The notes under the pieces: model-generated | What the model saw: the letters and a program-made list of their open reading frames with translations, nothing else | Told to the model about the DNA's origin: nothing | The model's database searches: none | Assembly (NCBI GenBank): GCA_001643675.2 | Contig: LSRY02000063.1 | Location: 310,001-374,000 of the forward strand | Reading direction: 5' to 3' | DNA: 64,000 nucleotides | From: Monocercomonoides exilis PA203 | Taxonomy: Eukaryota; Protista; Preaxostyla | Program-made: the position numbers and the translations under genes | Shown here: piece by piece, positions 37,311 through 49,109 of the stretch | Layout: the number at the start of each line of letters is the position of its first letter | Position numbering within the stretch: position 1 is the stretch's first letter

Positions 37311-40300
37311 TCACAAATCCTTTTTTTCTGTTTGTTCCTCTTCCAATGTCTCGCCCCCACTTTCAACATCGCTCCTCACAACAATCCTCTTGTTCCGGTC
37401 GAAGATGCCATCCGACATCGTCATGATCAACTTTCCTGCTGGAAAGTGGCTGACACACTCCCGCCTCACACTCTCCAGCTCGGCCCTGTCTTTCGCCTCC
37501 TGCCAAAGGTACGCTTTCATCACTTCGCAAAAACTGCTCTCACCCACAGCTGACAAGTGCGGCCTCTCCCCATTCACAATCTTCTGCCCTGCCACCTCTG
37601 CCTCAAACTCCCCAAACGGGATCTGAAGAGTCAGACACTCCCACAGCATCATCCCAATCGAAAACACAACTGACTCCTTTGTTGCTCCCATCTTCTTGTT
37701 GATCAGCAGCTCTGGTGCCTTCCACCTCAAACACTCTTTTTTGAAATCATTTTCATCCTCAAATGCTGATGAAGGAAGGGAATCATCATCATCATCATCA
37801 TTGTCACTGACAGATGTCACAATGGTTGAAGAAGAGATTGATGATAAGTCGGAATCTGAATCATCAGATAAAAGCAAATCTGAATGCAAAACAATGCATA
37901 TGACCATGTGCTCAGAGAAAAGAATAATGTGTGGGCTGAGATTGGAAAGAGAAGATAATCCATTTTCCATTTCATCAAATGAATGGAGTGCGAGATTGGC
38001 CACCCAGAACAGGATCTGAGCAGCTGTCATCTCCCTCTCTTGTAAAGTGCCTATCGCCATCTCTTTCTTCTCGTTCCTTCCATGAAGCAACATGAACAGC
38101 GAATCCCTCAGATCCACAATTAATTTCTCATGCGGTGATGAGCAGGCCATTGCATCCACCAGATTAGACATCGATGAGGTGGTTGGGCACAGATCCTCCC
38201 CTCGAACAAATGTTGAATCAGAATCAGTCGTTGAAGTGGATGAGATGGATGGTGAGGGCGATCTCTTCCTTATCTCTTCTTCTTCCTCCTTTTCCAATGC
38301 CCAATCAGGGATCTTGTCTGAGTCTTTCCCTAATATGTATTCTGTTGAGTCACTTTCACTCAACAAGTGCTCAGATGAATCTGAATGTCCCAAGCTTTTC
38401 TCATTCACCCTTTTCTTTATCCTTTCTTCGTTCTTCTTCTCTGCCTCCTTCTCGGCTCTCCTCCACTGTTCCTCTGGTGACATCTCCATCGTCACCATCT
38501 CAAACGCCTTCGGATCTTTTCTGATGTTATCATTCACAATCTCTCTCAGATCTTTGTTTTCATTCTTTGCCTTTCTCCATCTGACTGCTAATATTATTGA
38601 TACGACAAGAACAATCACAAGAATAACTGACATGATAATCACAATCAACAACCAATAGGATTTTCCTTCTTTTCCTCCTTCAACAATCTTTTCATCATCT
38701 TTTTGTTTTGTTTCACTTGCATTCTTCAGAATAAATGAATTTGTTGATGAAGGAGATTCTGTATTCCCAAATAAAATATGCACACTCACCTCTATTTCAT
38801 TTCCACAACTGCTGAGGATATATTTTCCCACACTCCCTTCAACTTCTCTTTCTGACAAGAATCCATTTGAGTCAAAATCATGCTTTTCAATCTCTTTCTC
38901 TTCTCCCTTCCTCTTCACAACTGAGAATGACAGATTGCATGGAATAAGAAGCATCCCTTTGAAGGTCAGCTTCATTCGATTAGCCTCTTCTATTGCTTCC
39001 ACACTCTCCAGAATAGGAATAAAGAATGATGAATCCCTTTCAGAAACAATCCCTTCAAAACTGCACCCATCATTCAACATCCAAAGTGAAGTATTTGGTA
39101 AAACTCCATCTCCTCCTTTCACACTCACCACATTCAATATTCCTGAATCTGAGCAAATGATATTTCTTCTCAATGATGGATATCCTTCAATCGATGGACA
39201 ATTGTTTGAGAAATTCCCTGCTTCAATCAAAACGCTTCCTCCACTCATTGTTATTCCACCTTCTGGTGAATTTGCAATTGCTGTGTCTTTCATCAAAACA
39301 GAACTGTTGGAGATATCCATAAGAGATCCATCCCATCTGCAAATTTCTTCATCACTTCCTTTCACCTCATTCGCTTGCTTTCCTTTTCTTTCATCTCCTT
39401 CCTCTCCATCAAACAAACATGATCCAATCTGCACATCCACACACTCACGTATCTCCACCATTCCCCCTCTCTCATTCGTGCCTTGGCATTTCGCAAAAGA
39501 GCAGTTCAGCACACTCATTCTCTTTTCTGCTCCTTCCATTTTCATCACACTCTCATTCCCACAAACAGAGTTATTCTCAAAATTCACTTCCTTCATCTCC
39601 ATATCAACCTTCCCTCCAACACAAATCAAACCACATTCACTCATGACATCCCAAACTCTAATCTCACTCATCAAAACCTTTCCCTCTTTGGTGAACGAGA
39701 GAAGTGGTGCTGTGGTGTGAATCCCATCAAATGTTGTTTCTGTCATCTTCAGCTCTCCACTCTCCACACCCACAATCCTGCTCTTCATCACCAGATCCAT
39801 CGTTGCTGAGCTGAACAAACACTCCGAAATCTCCAATCTCCCATCCTTCTCTTTCACAATGCTTTCCCCATCCCACCCAAACATCTCCCCAAACACAAAT
39901 CCACATCTCTCCACAACACACTCATCAACAAACACAATCACACTTCCTCCATTCATTTCATCTTCTTCAATCATTGCGTTCAAATGAATGGTTGCCTGCG
40001 CACTCTTCAATGATTTCACATTCAAATCTCCAATCTCACACACTCCCCCAATCAGACATTCTCCGTCAATCAGAATCATATTTGCAACGCTTCTCTCAAT
40101 GTGCCGAACTCCACAGCAAATGCTTTGGCATGGCTTATCCTGTGCTCCACACTGTCTGCTATCGCTTCCATTCACACTCACAAACACCTGAGGGGAGTGA
40201 AAGAATGTGATCAGAGGAATAAGATCAACATCAACCTTGTCAACATCATCCCTCCCACAAATCGAATTGTTCGACTTCAAAGCATCCTGGCTGAAGTCCA

Positions 40301-43300
40301 GAACAAACAGTGTCTCATTCACCTGCCTTGCAATCGAATAGCACTTGATGAACACATCCTTCCCCACAAACGCTTCATTCATCACAAATCGAATGTTTTC
40401 CAGTCTCACCCCAAGAGCTGGCGTTTCCTTTTCAACCAATTCAGCTTTCGGATCAAGTGCATCAATCATCAGTCCTCCTCCTCTCCCATTCATTGTTGAG
40501 CACATGCACATCACAAACGAGCATCCTCTCACTTTCAATTCTGATTCCCCACTCTTCAGACACATCTTCACCCCTCCACCTTCCTCGCTCCTCTCGCTCA
40601 CACACTTCGTCAGCACACACCCTTCCATCACACACTCCACACCAACCCCAAACGAATCTGCACTCACAACACATGCTCCATTCTCTCCACATGAAATGTT
40701 TGTGAATGTCGACTCATTCACTCTCGCAACTGTATTCGCGTTTCTTTCTTCTCTTTTCGTGAATTGGAAATTGTGCGATCCCTCAGTCAGCGCGATCAGG
40801 CTTCCCCCTGATATTGTTGTGTTCAATATCGACACATTCACCACTGAAATCACTTCCACTTCTGCTCCAAACTCCACAAACCCTTTCGCCACACTCAACT
40901 CAGAAAGCGTCAAATCCTCAATTGCAACACTTCCTCCATCCACCCTCACAACACAATACTTCATCTCTCTCCTTTCTTCCTCACAATCTATCGAACAACT
41001 CACAACTGAAAGCATTGCAGAGGAAGACGATGATAGAATGAATGATGAATGCCTCCCCAATTCATTCGGCATTGTGAATGATATGTTCTTGAATGAAAGA
41101 TGGACATTCGAAACAACCATCGATTCACTTTCTCCATTTCCATCCATTTCTCTCACTTTCAAAACTGTCCCTTTCTTTTCTCCCTCAATTGTCACAATGG
41201 GAGTTTCTGTTAATGAAGGAGGTGATGGAAATGATATTCCTCTGTTGAGTGCTCCTGTTCCAACAATGTTGATGTGTGATTCCCCTTCTCCAAGTGGTTC
41301 ATATCTCAGCGATATCAAGTGCTCAATCGATGAACATGGTGCTTCTGAATATCCACACCCACTAAAATCTCCTCCATTCTCCTTCGAAACAAACCCATTC
41401 CCACTCCAGTTGCTCCACAAATACACAACCAGTGGAATTACATATCCCTCATCTCCTGTTGTCTTTCTCTCCCATCCACACAACTCATCCAATGATCCCA
41501 ACTCCTCTGAACTCATCTCCCATTTGAAATGATCCTTGCTCACAACCTCACTCAGATCCCATCCTGAAACAAACACATTCTTCCCTTTCCAGGCATTGCA
41601 TCCCTCAAATGTCATTCCTTCCAAAACAAATGATCCCATTTGATTGGGAAGTTCAACAAACATCCCTCCTCCAATTCCTTTTCCTCCCTCTTCGTTATCC
41701 TCTAATGGAACTTCACATCCATCAAACTTCACCTTTTTCATTTCCAAACTCCCTCCATTCCCCATCGATATCATCATCCCTCCTCCTTTCATCCCATTTC
41801 CACCTGAACATGTTGATGATAAACTGCTTTCTTCAATACAAACACTTCCTCCTTCTTCATTCATCCCAACATTCAAACATCCTCCTCCAATTCCACATGT
41901 CACCTCCACTCCACTCATTCTGCTGTTATTCATCTCCAATTTCACTCCATTTGTCATTGATATTGATGATTTCCCATTCGTTGTCACTGACCCTTCTATC
42001 ACAAACCCATTCATTATCAATTCTCCTCCCTCAATGTTTATCACATTGTATTCTATCTTTCCATCAGTCAATGCCCCACTTTCAAATGAGACTGAACAGT
42101 TCGTCAGACTGAGAGTTGATGTTGAATGGATGAATGCACTTCTCCTTGAATCAAACTGACCTTTCACAACAAATGAAAGTCCACTTATTATCAGTGAACT
42201 CGAACATCCAACAAGCCAGTCTTGTGTGGCTGATCCTTCATCACTCACATTCACCTGTATTTTCTCCTCCTCCAATGATGTTTCTCTGCCTGAAATACTC
42301 ACATCAAATAAAGAAAATTCAATTTCTGCATTTATCAACGAAGATGAGACAACTTCTATTTCTTTTGAACTTTCATTCAATCTTGAGTTTGCACAATAAT
42401 CAACTGTCAAGCATCCAAACCCTTCAAACCCACATCGGTTGTGATCCATCCCATTTCCTCCACTCCCATCAACAAACATTTTCGTCACTAACGAATGAAA
42501 ATACACAAATAGTGGAATCACTCCATTTTCATTCCCATTTTCACTCCCACTCAACCTCAACATATCAGATGGAATGACACTTGTGTCAAAGAAGGCAAAT
42601 GAGTTGGTATTCACTTTTGAATTCAAAAACACACCACTCCCACAATGAACAAACACATCCTTCCCATATGAGGCCATATTCTCCTTCACTTTCGAAAACT
42701 TAACATTCTCTCCAATTGTCAATCCACATCCCCCACCCTCCATCATCACAAACATCCCTCCTCCTCTCCCTCCATTCCCTCCATTATTCTCTGCCTTATT
42801 CCCATCAATCACACTCGTTCCACTCACAACCACTTTCCCATTTCCCTTCAATCCAACATGTATTCCTCCCCCATTTCCACCAACACAACTGCACCCATTC
42901 ACATTGCATCCATCAACAGTCAACGTTCCACTTGTTTCAGCTGTTCCTTTCATCCATCCTCCATCTCCCTCATTCTTCACAACTCCACTGATATTGCATC
43001 CTGAACAAATCACACTCGTCATTCCTTCACATAATTCAATCGCTGAATGATCATTGAATGTCAGCCCTTCCTCAATCACAAATCGTTCCATTTTCAGACT
43101 CCCACTCTGCACATTCACAATGCTGTATCCAAAGGCCACACTCGATGTGCTCTCTGATATATGAGCAACTGAGCAGTCTGTGAGTGTGAGTGATGAGCTT
43201 GTCAAACCAATGAGCGATGTTGCACTTGACAACAGAAATGGAATTTGGAACGCAATGTTCTTGATTGAGCTTGTGCTCTGAACATTTATCAAATACGAAG

Positions 43301-46300
43301 ATGTCATTCCACTCGGCACCTTCACATTCACATTCGTCTTGTTAATCCCACAATACACCTCCCATTCATATGACCCAGCCATCGACACAACTTCTCCCAA
43401 CTCAAAGCCTGAATCCAATACAATGTTCTTCTTTGAAGAACTGAATCTGTTCTCTGCTGCCTTTGTGATCGTTTTGCATGGAAAATATTCAAACCCACAA
43501 AACCAAGAGTCATATCCTCCAAATCCATTTTTCTTTATTCCCACATATGCTGCTCCTGAAAATGAATCAAAATACACGCTCAATGGGAATATTCCCATTC
43601 CTTCCTCATTTCGGTCATATCCCATCAGCTCATCAAAACTCGATTCATTGTATTCAATATTCAGTTGCGAGGTTATTGCTGTGCTAGTCATTCCACTCCC
43701 ATTGACAAACACATCTTTCCCTCCCAATGAAGCGCGGCAATCAACAAAATTCACTGATGATATCGTGAAATCAAATGAGTTATCTGCCAGCCATAGCATC
43801 ACTCCTCCTCCATATCCACTGCACTTCGTTTTGTTGAATTTTGTTATCCCTCCAGTGTGAGATGTTGATGTTCCAATGCGAGCTTTGCTTGTTGAAGATG
43901 CCAACTCAATGTTTATCCCTCCTCCATTTCCCTCCTCACACTCACAGCCCTCTATTGTTATGTTGCTCACCACAAATGTCTCTTCTGACTTCACACTCTT
44001 TGCCACAACCACCCCATCTCCTTCTGTCAACTTCACATTCATCACAGTCAAGTTCGCCAGTAAACTCTCTTCAGATGTTGTGGATGTCAAAAACAAGGTA
44101 GATGATGACAATGAAGATGAAGAAGAAGAAGAAGAGAGATTCGGCTCAGAGAATAATGGTTTTGAGACATTCATATCTTTGATCTCCACACCAGCCATCG
44201 ACAGCTGCGACAGCGCCACCACAAACAAAGATGATGATATCACATAATCTTCTGTGTTACTCGTGGTGATCACAACATCCTCCAATGAGAGTAACCCACT
44301 TCCTTTAGACACAACAACCACACTTGGTGAAGAAGGACTTGTTGTTGAGTTACAATCAACCTTCAAGTTCATTAAACCAAGATGGCCACTTGTCACACTG
44401 AATAGAGAAATCGAAGTTGATGAAAGTGCTCCTGTTCCAATCACGCTCTTCTCTTTGCCCATTCCAATAACTGAAATCTTCTTTTCTCCAATCTCAATCG
44501 TTGTTGTCTCGCTTGTGTGATCCCCTTCCATCAGTGTGACAGCCAAACTCAACTGAATCTCACACATCTCAAAGGCTTTCTTCACTGTAAGACAAGGGTA
44601 TGTGGTATTTGCCCCACAAAGCACATATTCATCATTTCCATTCACCGAAACATATAACGTTTTGTCCTTCAGCCACCACTTCTTTTCTGTTTGTTGATAA
44701 TCCCATTTTCCATCTAAGTTGAACTCATAGCACGTCCTTCTTTCATCAAAATTTGTAGTGTAACATTCAGAAAGAGGATTATTCAAATTACTGAAGTGCC
44801 TATAATAATCTGTACATTCAATATCATGCCCATAAGGAATAGAACTTGAACAAGAACAATTGAAGAATAACAGAAAATAACAATAATAACGATAACTTTG
44901 AAAAGTTTCTTGATTTGGACATAAGCTCAAACCTCCACCATGAGATTTTGCTGAACATGAAATGAACTTGATACTGCTCATTCTGAATGAGCTGGGGACT
45001 GCTTTGCAAAACATTCCTCCTCCATGTGTATCAAAAACTGAACAAAAAGAGAAATTACAATCAAACAAACATGAGCTCTCTCCTTTTCCACTTTCTGTTC
45101 CAATACAATCTGTTCCTGTTGCATTAAAATTGTCAAGATAAATTCCTCCTCCACATTCTAATGCTTCACATTTATTGAATTTACATCTGCTGATTCGAGC
45201 GCATGTTGAAATATACACAGCATACATTCCTCCTCCATAACTATGTTCAGCAATGCATGCATTGAACAAATTATTCTCCATCTTAAATGATCTGATTGAT
45301 ACACATATAACTGCTCCACCTCCAAAAAATGCACAACAGGCATTGAACGAACAGTGAGAAACATATAGTTCTCCATTTCCCAGATTATGCATCCAGATTG
45401 CCCCTCCGCTTGACGCTCCATCGTCATATGAGTTTCTTTCTCCTGTTGTTTTCGATCCATTCCATTCACACCAAAAAAATGAATTAGCTCCATTGGTTGT
45501 TGTATTTTGCCTCCCTGGATGCTGTTTAGCATCTTTCGATCCAATGAATTCAACGTTTCTTGTCCGACAACATCCAACGAAAGAGGTGTTTGAAGCAGTC
45601 AAAGAGGCATAGAGGTTGTTGAGTGAAGGAACAATCCCGCCATCATATGCATCACAGACTGATGAGAATGTGCAACTGCTTATCATACAAGAAGTTTGTG
45701 AAAATGCAGTTGTTGGAGATGGACATGCATCAGGTGCTGTTGAGACGTTGAAAAATATCAGATGAGAGATGGAAATAAGAGGAATGGATGGTGATGAAAG
45801 GAATGGGGCCGATGAGACACAAAAAGAGGAGAAATGAGAGGAACAAACTGAAACATGACATTTTTCTGAATGAACCTCTTCAAATGGTTTTGAAGAGAAG
45901 AGAGATGGGCATTTCTGAAAATGTGAGTTCAAAGGGAATCGGAGAGATATGTTGGTGAACAGCCCACAACTTCCACTCAAACAAAATGGTGGCATTTCTC
46001 CCCCAATCTCTATCCTGCATCTTCTCACTTCGATGAAACATCCTTTCGCAGCATTCAAGACACTTTGGCCATCATTTGGCACCAACCCCAGGGAGTGGAG
46101 TTTTATTGAAGAATTGGCAATCATCAAACACCCTTCAATCCAACTTTCTTCCTCAAATCTTTGTTGTTTCCTCATTTTTCGCTCATCAGACACGTTTGTT
46201 CCTCGAACCATTTCATTTGGGCTGGCTTCTCCGAATTTGAGTTTTTCATCATTTCCTTCTTTTGAACCTTTATCCTTCCTTTTTTCATATTTCTTCGTTG

Positions 46301-46517
46301 TTTTCGTTCCACCTTCTCTTCCACCGTTGTTTGTTTCCAATCCTATTTCATTGGCAAAAACGTCCTTTTGAAAGGTGTGCAACCAATTTCTCTCAAGATT
46401 ATCATCAATTCTTTCTTTCTTGTATTCCCTCATCTGACATGTTTCTTCATTTGCAGCACCATTGCACATGCACTGAAAATATATAATGCAGACAAAACAG
46501 CATATTCCGGACAGCAT
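37311..46517 (-). CDS. Giant single-pass receptor-like protein C: beta-helix ectodomain, TM (~38578-38660), TKL-like pseudokinase tail
   Basis: Intronless 3068-aa ORF with the same modules as B; TM YWLLIVIIMSVILVIVLVVSIILAVRW; RWKAPELL and VFSIGMMLWECLTLQIPF. Confidence 0.85.
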   Translation of the reverse strand: MLSGICCFVCIIYFQCMCNGAANEETCQMREYKKERIDDNLERNWLHTFQKDVFANEIGLETNNGGREGGTKTTKKYEKRKDKGSKEGNDEKLKFGEASPNEMVRGTNVSDERKMRKQQRFEEESWIEGCLMIANSSIKLHSLGLVPNDGQSVLNAAKGCFIEVRRCRIEIGGEMPPFCLSGSCGLFTNISLRFPLNSHFQKCPSLFSSKPFEEVHSEKCHVSVCSSHFSSFCVSSAPFLSSPSIPLISISHLIFFNVSTAPDACPSPTTAFSQTSCMISSCTFSSVCDAYDGGIVPSLNNLYASLTASNTSFVGCCRTRNVEFIGSKDAKQHPGRQNTTTNGANSFFWCEWNGSKTTGERNSYDDGASSGGAIWMHNLGNGELYVSHCSFNACCAFFGGGAVICVSIRSFKMENNLFNACIAEHSYGGGMYAVYISTCARISRCKFNKCEALECGGGIYLDNFNATGTDCIGTESGKGESSCLFDCNFSFCSVFDTHGGGMFCKAVPSSFRMSSIKFISCSAKSHGGGLSLCPNQETFQSYRYYCYFLLFFNCSCSSSIPYGHDIECTDYYRHFSNLNNPLSECYTTNFDERRTCYEFNLDGKWDYQQTEKKWWLKDKTLYVSVNGNDEYVLCGANTTYPCLTVKKAFEMCEIQLSLAVTLMEGDHTSETTTIEIGEKKISVIGMGKEKSVIGTGALSSTSISLFSVTSGHLGLMNLKVDCNSTTSPSSPSVVVVSKGSGLLSLEDVVITTSNTEDYVISSSLFVVALSQLSMAGVEIKDMNVSKPLFSEPNLSSSSSSSSLSSSTLFLTSTTSEESLLANLTVMNVKLTEGDGVVVAKSVKSEETFVVSNITIEGCECEEGNGGGINIELASSTSKARIGTSTSHTGGITKFNKTKCSGYGGGVMLWLADNSFDFTISSVNFVDCRASLGGKDVFVNGSGMTSTAITSQLNIEYNESSFDELMGYDRNEEGMGIFPLSVYFDSFSGAAYVGIKKNGFGGYDSWFCGFEYFPCKTITKAAENRFSSSKKNIVLDSGFELGEVVSMAGSYEWEVYCGINKTNVNVKVPSGMTSSYLINVQSTSSIKNIAFQIPFLLSSATSLIGLTSSSLTLTDCSVAHISESTSSVAFGYSIVNVQSGSLKMERFVIEEGLTFNDHSAIELCEGMTSVICSGCNISGVVKNEGDGGWMKGTAETSGTLTVDGCNVNGCSCVGGNGGGIHVGLKGNGKVVVSGTSVIDGNKAENNGGNGGRGGGMFVMMEGGGCGLTIGENVKFSKVKENMASYGKDVFVHCGSGVFLNSKVNTNSFAFFDTSVIPSDMLRLSGSENGNENGVIPLFVYFHSLVTKMFVDGSGGNGMDHNRCGFEGFGCLTVDYCANSRLNESSKEIEVVSSSLINAEIEFSLFDVSISGRETSLEEEKIQVNVSDEGSATQDWLVGCSSSLIISGLSFVVKGQFDSRRSAFIHSTSTLSLTNCSVSFESGALTDGKIEYNVINIEGGELIMNGFVIEGSVTTNGKSSISMTNGVKLEMNNSRMSGVEVTCGIGGGCLNVGMNEEGGSVCIEESSLSSTCSGGNGMKGGGMMISMGNGGSLEMKKVKFDGCEVPLEDNEEGGKGIGGGMFVELPNQMGSFVLEGMTFEGCNAWKGKNVFVSGWDLSEVVSKDHFKWEMSSEELGSLDELCGWERKTTGDEGYVIPLVVYLWSNWSGNGFVSKENGGDFSGCGYSEAPCSSIEHLISLRYEPLGEGESHINIVGTGALNRGISFPSPPSLTETPIVTIEGEKKGTVLKVREMDGNGESESMVVSNVHLSFKNISFTMPNELGRHSSFILSSSSSAMLSVVSCSIDCEEERREMKYCVVRVDGGSVAIEDLTLSELSVAKGFVEFGAEVEVISVVNVSILNTTISGGSLIALTEGSHNFQFTKREERNANTVARVNESTFTNISCGENGACVVSADSFGVGVECVMEGCVLTKCVSERSEEGGGVKMCLKSGESELKVRGCSFVMCMCSTMNGRGGGLMIDALDPKAELVEKETPALGVRLENIRFVMNEAFVGKDVFIKCYSIARQVNETLFVLDFSQDALKSNNSICGRDDVDKVDVDLIPLITFFHSPQVFVSVNGSDSRQCGAQDKPCQSICCGVRHIERSVANMILIDGECLIGGVCEIGDLNVKSLKSAQATIHLNAMIEEDEMNGGSVIVFVDECVVERCGFVFGEMFGWDGESIVKEKDGRLEISECLFSSATMDLVMKSRIVGVESGELKMTETTFDGIHTTAPLLSFTKEGKVLMSEIRVWDVMSECGLICVGGKVDMEMKEVNFENNSVCGNESVMKMEGAEKRMSVLNCSFAKCQGTNERGGMVEIRECVDVQIGSCLFDGEEGDERKGKQANEVKGSDEEICRWDGSLMDISNSSVLMKDTAIANSPEGGITMSGGSVLIEAGNFSNNCPSIEGYPSLRRNIICSDSGILNVVSVKGGDGVLPNTSLWMLNDGCSFEGIVSERDSSFFIPILESVEAIEEANRMKLTFKGMLLIPCNLSFSVVKRKGEEKEIEKHDFDSNGFLSEREVEGSVGKYILSSCGNEIEVSVHILFGNTESPSSTNSFILKNASETKQKDDEKIVEGGKEGKSYWLLIVIIMSVILVIVLVVSIILAVRWRKAKNENKDLREIVNDNIRKDPKAFEMVTMEMSPEEQWRRAEKEAEKKNEERIKKRVNEKSLGHSDSSEHLLSESDSTEYILGKDSDKIPDWALEKEEEEEIRKRSPSPSISSTSTTDSDSTFVRGEDLCPTTSSMSNLVDAMACSSPHEKLIVDLRDSLFMLLHGRNEKKEMAIGTLQEREMTAAQILFWVANLALHSFDEMENGLSSLSNLSPHIILFSEHMVICIVLHSDLLLSDDSDSDLSSISSSTIVTSVSDNDDDDDDSLPSSAFEDENDFKKECLRWKAPELLINKKMGATKESVVFSIGMMLWECLTLQIPFGEFEAEVAGQKIVNGERPHLSAVGESSFCEVMKAYLWQEAKDRAELESVRRECVSHFPAGKLIMTMSDGIFDRNKRIVVRSDVESGGETLEEEQTEKKDL

Positions 46518-49109
46518 TGAGCCCTGTACACAAGTGGAATCTCCTTTTCTTTTTTTTTCCTGAATTCCTTTTTCTAATATGGGTTATAAACTTTGAAAAA
46601 CATTCATTTCAAAAGAAAAATCGAATTTTTATTTGTAGTTGCATTTTTTTAAAACATTATTCAAAGGAAAACAAGTTATTGTATTGATCATATGAATAAT
46701 ATTAATTGAGAATTCAACAATTTTGATGTGTTAATATTTCATTAATCAACAAGTGTGCAGCGACAAAATGTGATTTCTATGATGTTGCATTTTATTTAGA
46801 GGCATCTGAGAGAGATTAACTTGCACATTCAAATTTAACAATTGGTCAGTGGATTGTTCTTCAAAACATTAGTTTATTCAAAGAATAAAAGAGCTTTTGG
46901 AGAAATATTTAAATTTTCATATCACAACATGATATTTTTCATTAATTTGAGAATTTGTATTTTTGAATTTTCAAACATCAGAAACAATGATTGATTTCTG
47001 AATTGAAGTTTGAAAAGCGAATCCTGGCCGAAATGAACATTTTCAATCAAAGACATGATTCGCACAGGATTTATTTATTCAATGATGCGCATTTTGCATT
47101 TTATGAATCGTGGATGCATTTTGCATGCTTTGGGCAGAAAAAGATGCTATTTCAGCCAAAAGAGATTTGCCAAGGGCTGAAACACTTGAAAATGGACATT
47201 TTCAGCAAAAGCAAAGATTGTATTGGAAAAGATGGATTTTGAATAAAATGTTTGCCAAATTTTTATTTTTTCGAACAATTTCAAGAAAACAAAACCATTT
47301 ATTTGATTATTTATTGGAACGGAAATTCACACCTGTTTTTATCTATTTTCATATTTTCAATTTCAATAGAACAATTCTAGAGCAATGGACAACGTCTCAT
47401 ACGCCTTGTTTCTGAATGATTTGTTTGACATATTGTTTTGGTGAAAGAGGCAAAGGAAGAAAAATGAGCAGATGAATGCAATGAGCTTTGGAAAAGTGGA
47501 GAAATGATGAAATGAGATGAAAGATGGTTGAATGATATATTTTTTTTTTCTTTTTGGTGGAAGCGATGGAGAAATGCGTTGGGCGTGGAGGACGATTTGG
47601 GATTGGATTTGCTGTTGAAGCGAAGAAAGAACAAGAATTGTGCTGATGATTGCACAATGAATGCACTGGATAGAGACTTGAAATGGAAGTGACTTCATAT
47701 CCATTTCATGTTCTATTTGTGTGGGTCAGCATTGAATGAGAATGCTTGGAAGCAGCAGGAGTGGAAAGGGTTATGAGCGAATTTTTGTGAGGATGATGGA
47801 GAGAGAGAGAGAGAGAGAAATGCAAAGCAGAGGAAAAAGAGAATCAACCACAGAAGCAGAAGGAGATTTGGGTGCACAAATTGCATATTCACAGGTGCAA
47901 CAAAAATTTCATTCGGAACGAGAAAAAAAGGAATCATGAGCTGTCGACGAATAAAATTGATGTTCAATGAAATTTCTGCTTCTTCTCAACACAACAGTCT
48001 CCAAACACCCCTCAAACATCATCAACTCCTTCCTCGCAATCTTCAATGATTGCTTTGGAAGTGCATGAAAAACACAAAATGAGTGGACTATCTTCTGCCA
48101 CTGTTGATTTTAAGCCACATTTCACTTTTTCCTCTCTTGTGAATTCTGGGAGGAAAATGAATTCAACTTGTGGTGATTGAGCAGCAGAGAAGAAGAAGAA
48201 AAGAAAGAGAAAGGGAAAGAATCAGAACATTCTTTATGCATTGGCAATGTGTTCTGTTATTGTTGTCAATTTGTTCTTCTACAACTTCATCGTTTTCTTC
48301 TTTTTCATCTATCTCTTTATTTTTCCTCTTCAACAACTCCTTCCATTTTCATCTGTTTTATTCTTCAATCTTCTTTGTTTCATCTATCTTTCTTGCCTTC
48401 GCTGAATTGGAAAGATGGTGAATCAGATTGGATGAGCAGCCAATCTAGATCCGACTTTTTTTAACTCTTTTGCGAGAAAAGCAGGGCAGCAGGGCAAGAG
48501 AAATGTTACTCTCTTCGTTGGTCTCTCATGCACTTTCTATTCTTTTTTGTTATTTTCATCATCAACATCTTCATCTTCAGCAACAATAACTTATTCTCAA
48601 ATTGACAAAAGCACACAGATCAACCAGTTCTGCTTTCACAGCTTGTTTGAGGATATTGTTTCGCACACATCGCTCTTCTTCAAGTTCTCTTTCTTCGTTG
48701 GATCATTCACTCAACATGCTTCCAAATCAGCGTTTGTGTTTAAATATTTATTTAATTTTATTATATTTCTGTTTTAAGCATTAGTATCACTCTAATGTTG
48801 AGCTTTTCAAGTCAGATATACTTGAACATACCAGAGGAAAATAAAAAAGATTCTTAAGAAACGTTTGAAACGTTTAAAACCATTCTTTAACCATTGCCTA
48901 TATTATAACTTTTCCAAAAAATTCAATGAAAGTGAATAATGAAAATAATACCAATTAATTTTCAAATCAAGTTACATTTGTGTTGGCAGTATTTTTTTTT
49001 TAAAAAAAAAATTGAAGATTAATACGACTTTCTTTTTTAAAGAAATCATTTTCCATAATTCCCATACTGAAGTGTTTCATTATTTTGAGTTAAAAAATAA
49101 ACTTTTTTA

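Noticed and set aside
37332-46486. Many plus-strand ORFs opposite genes A, C and the TmcB-like gene
   Set aside because: Antisense shadows caused by strand-biased composition; no recognisable motifs.
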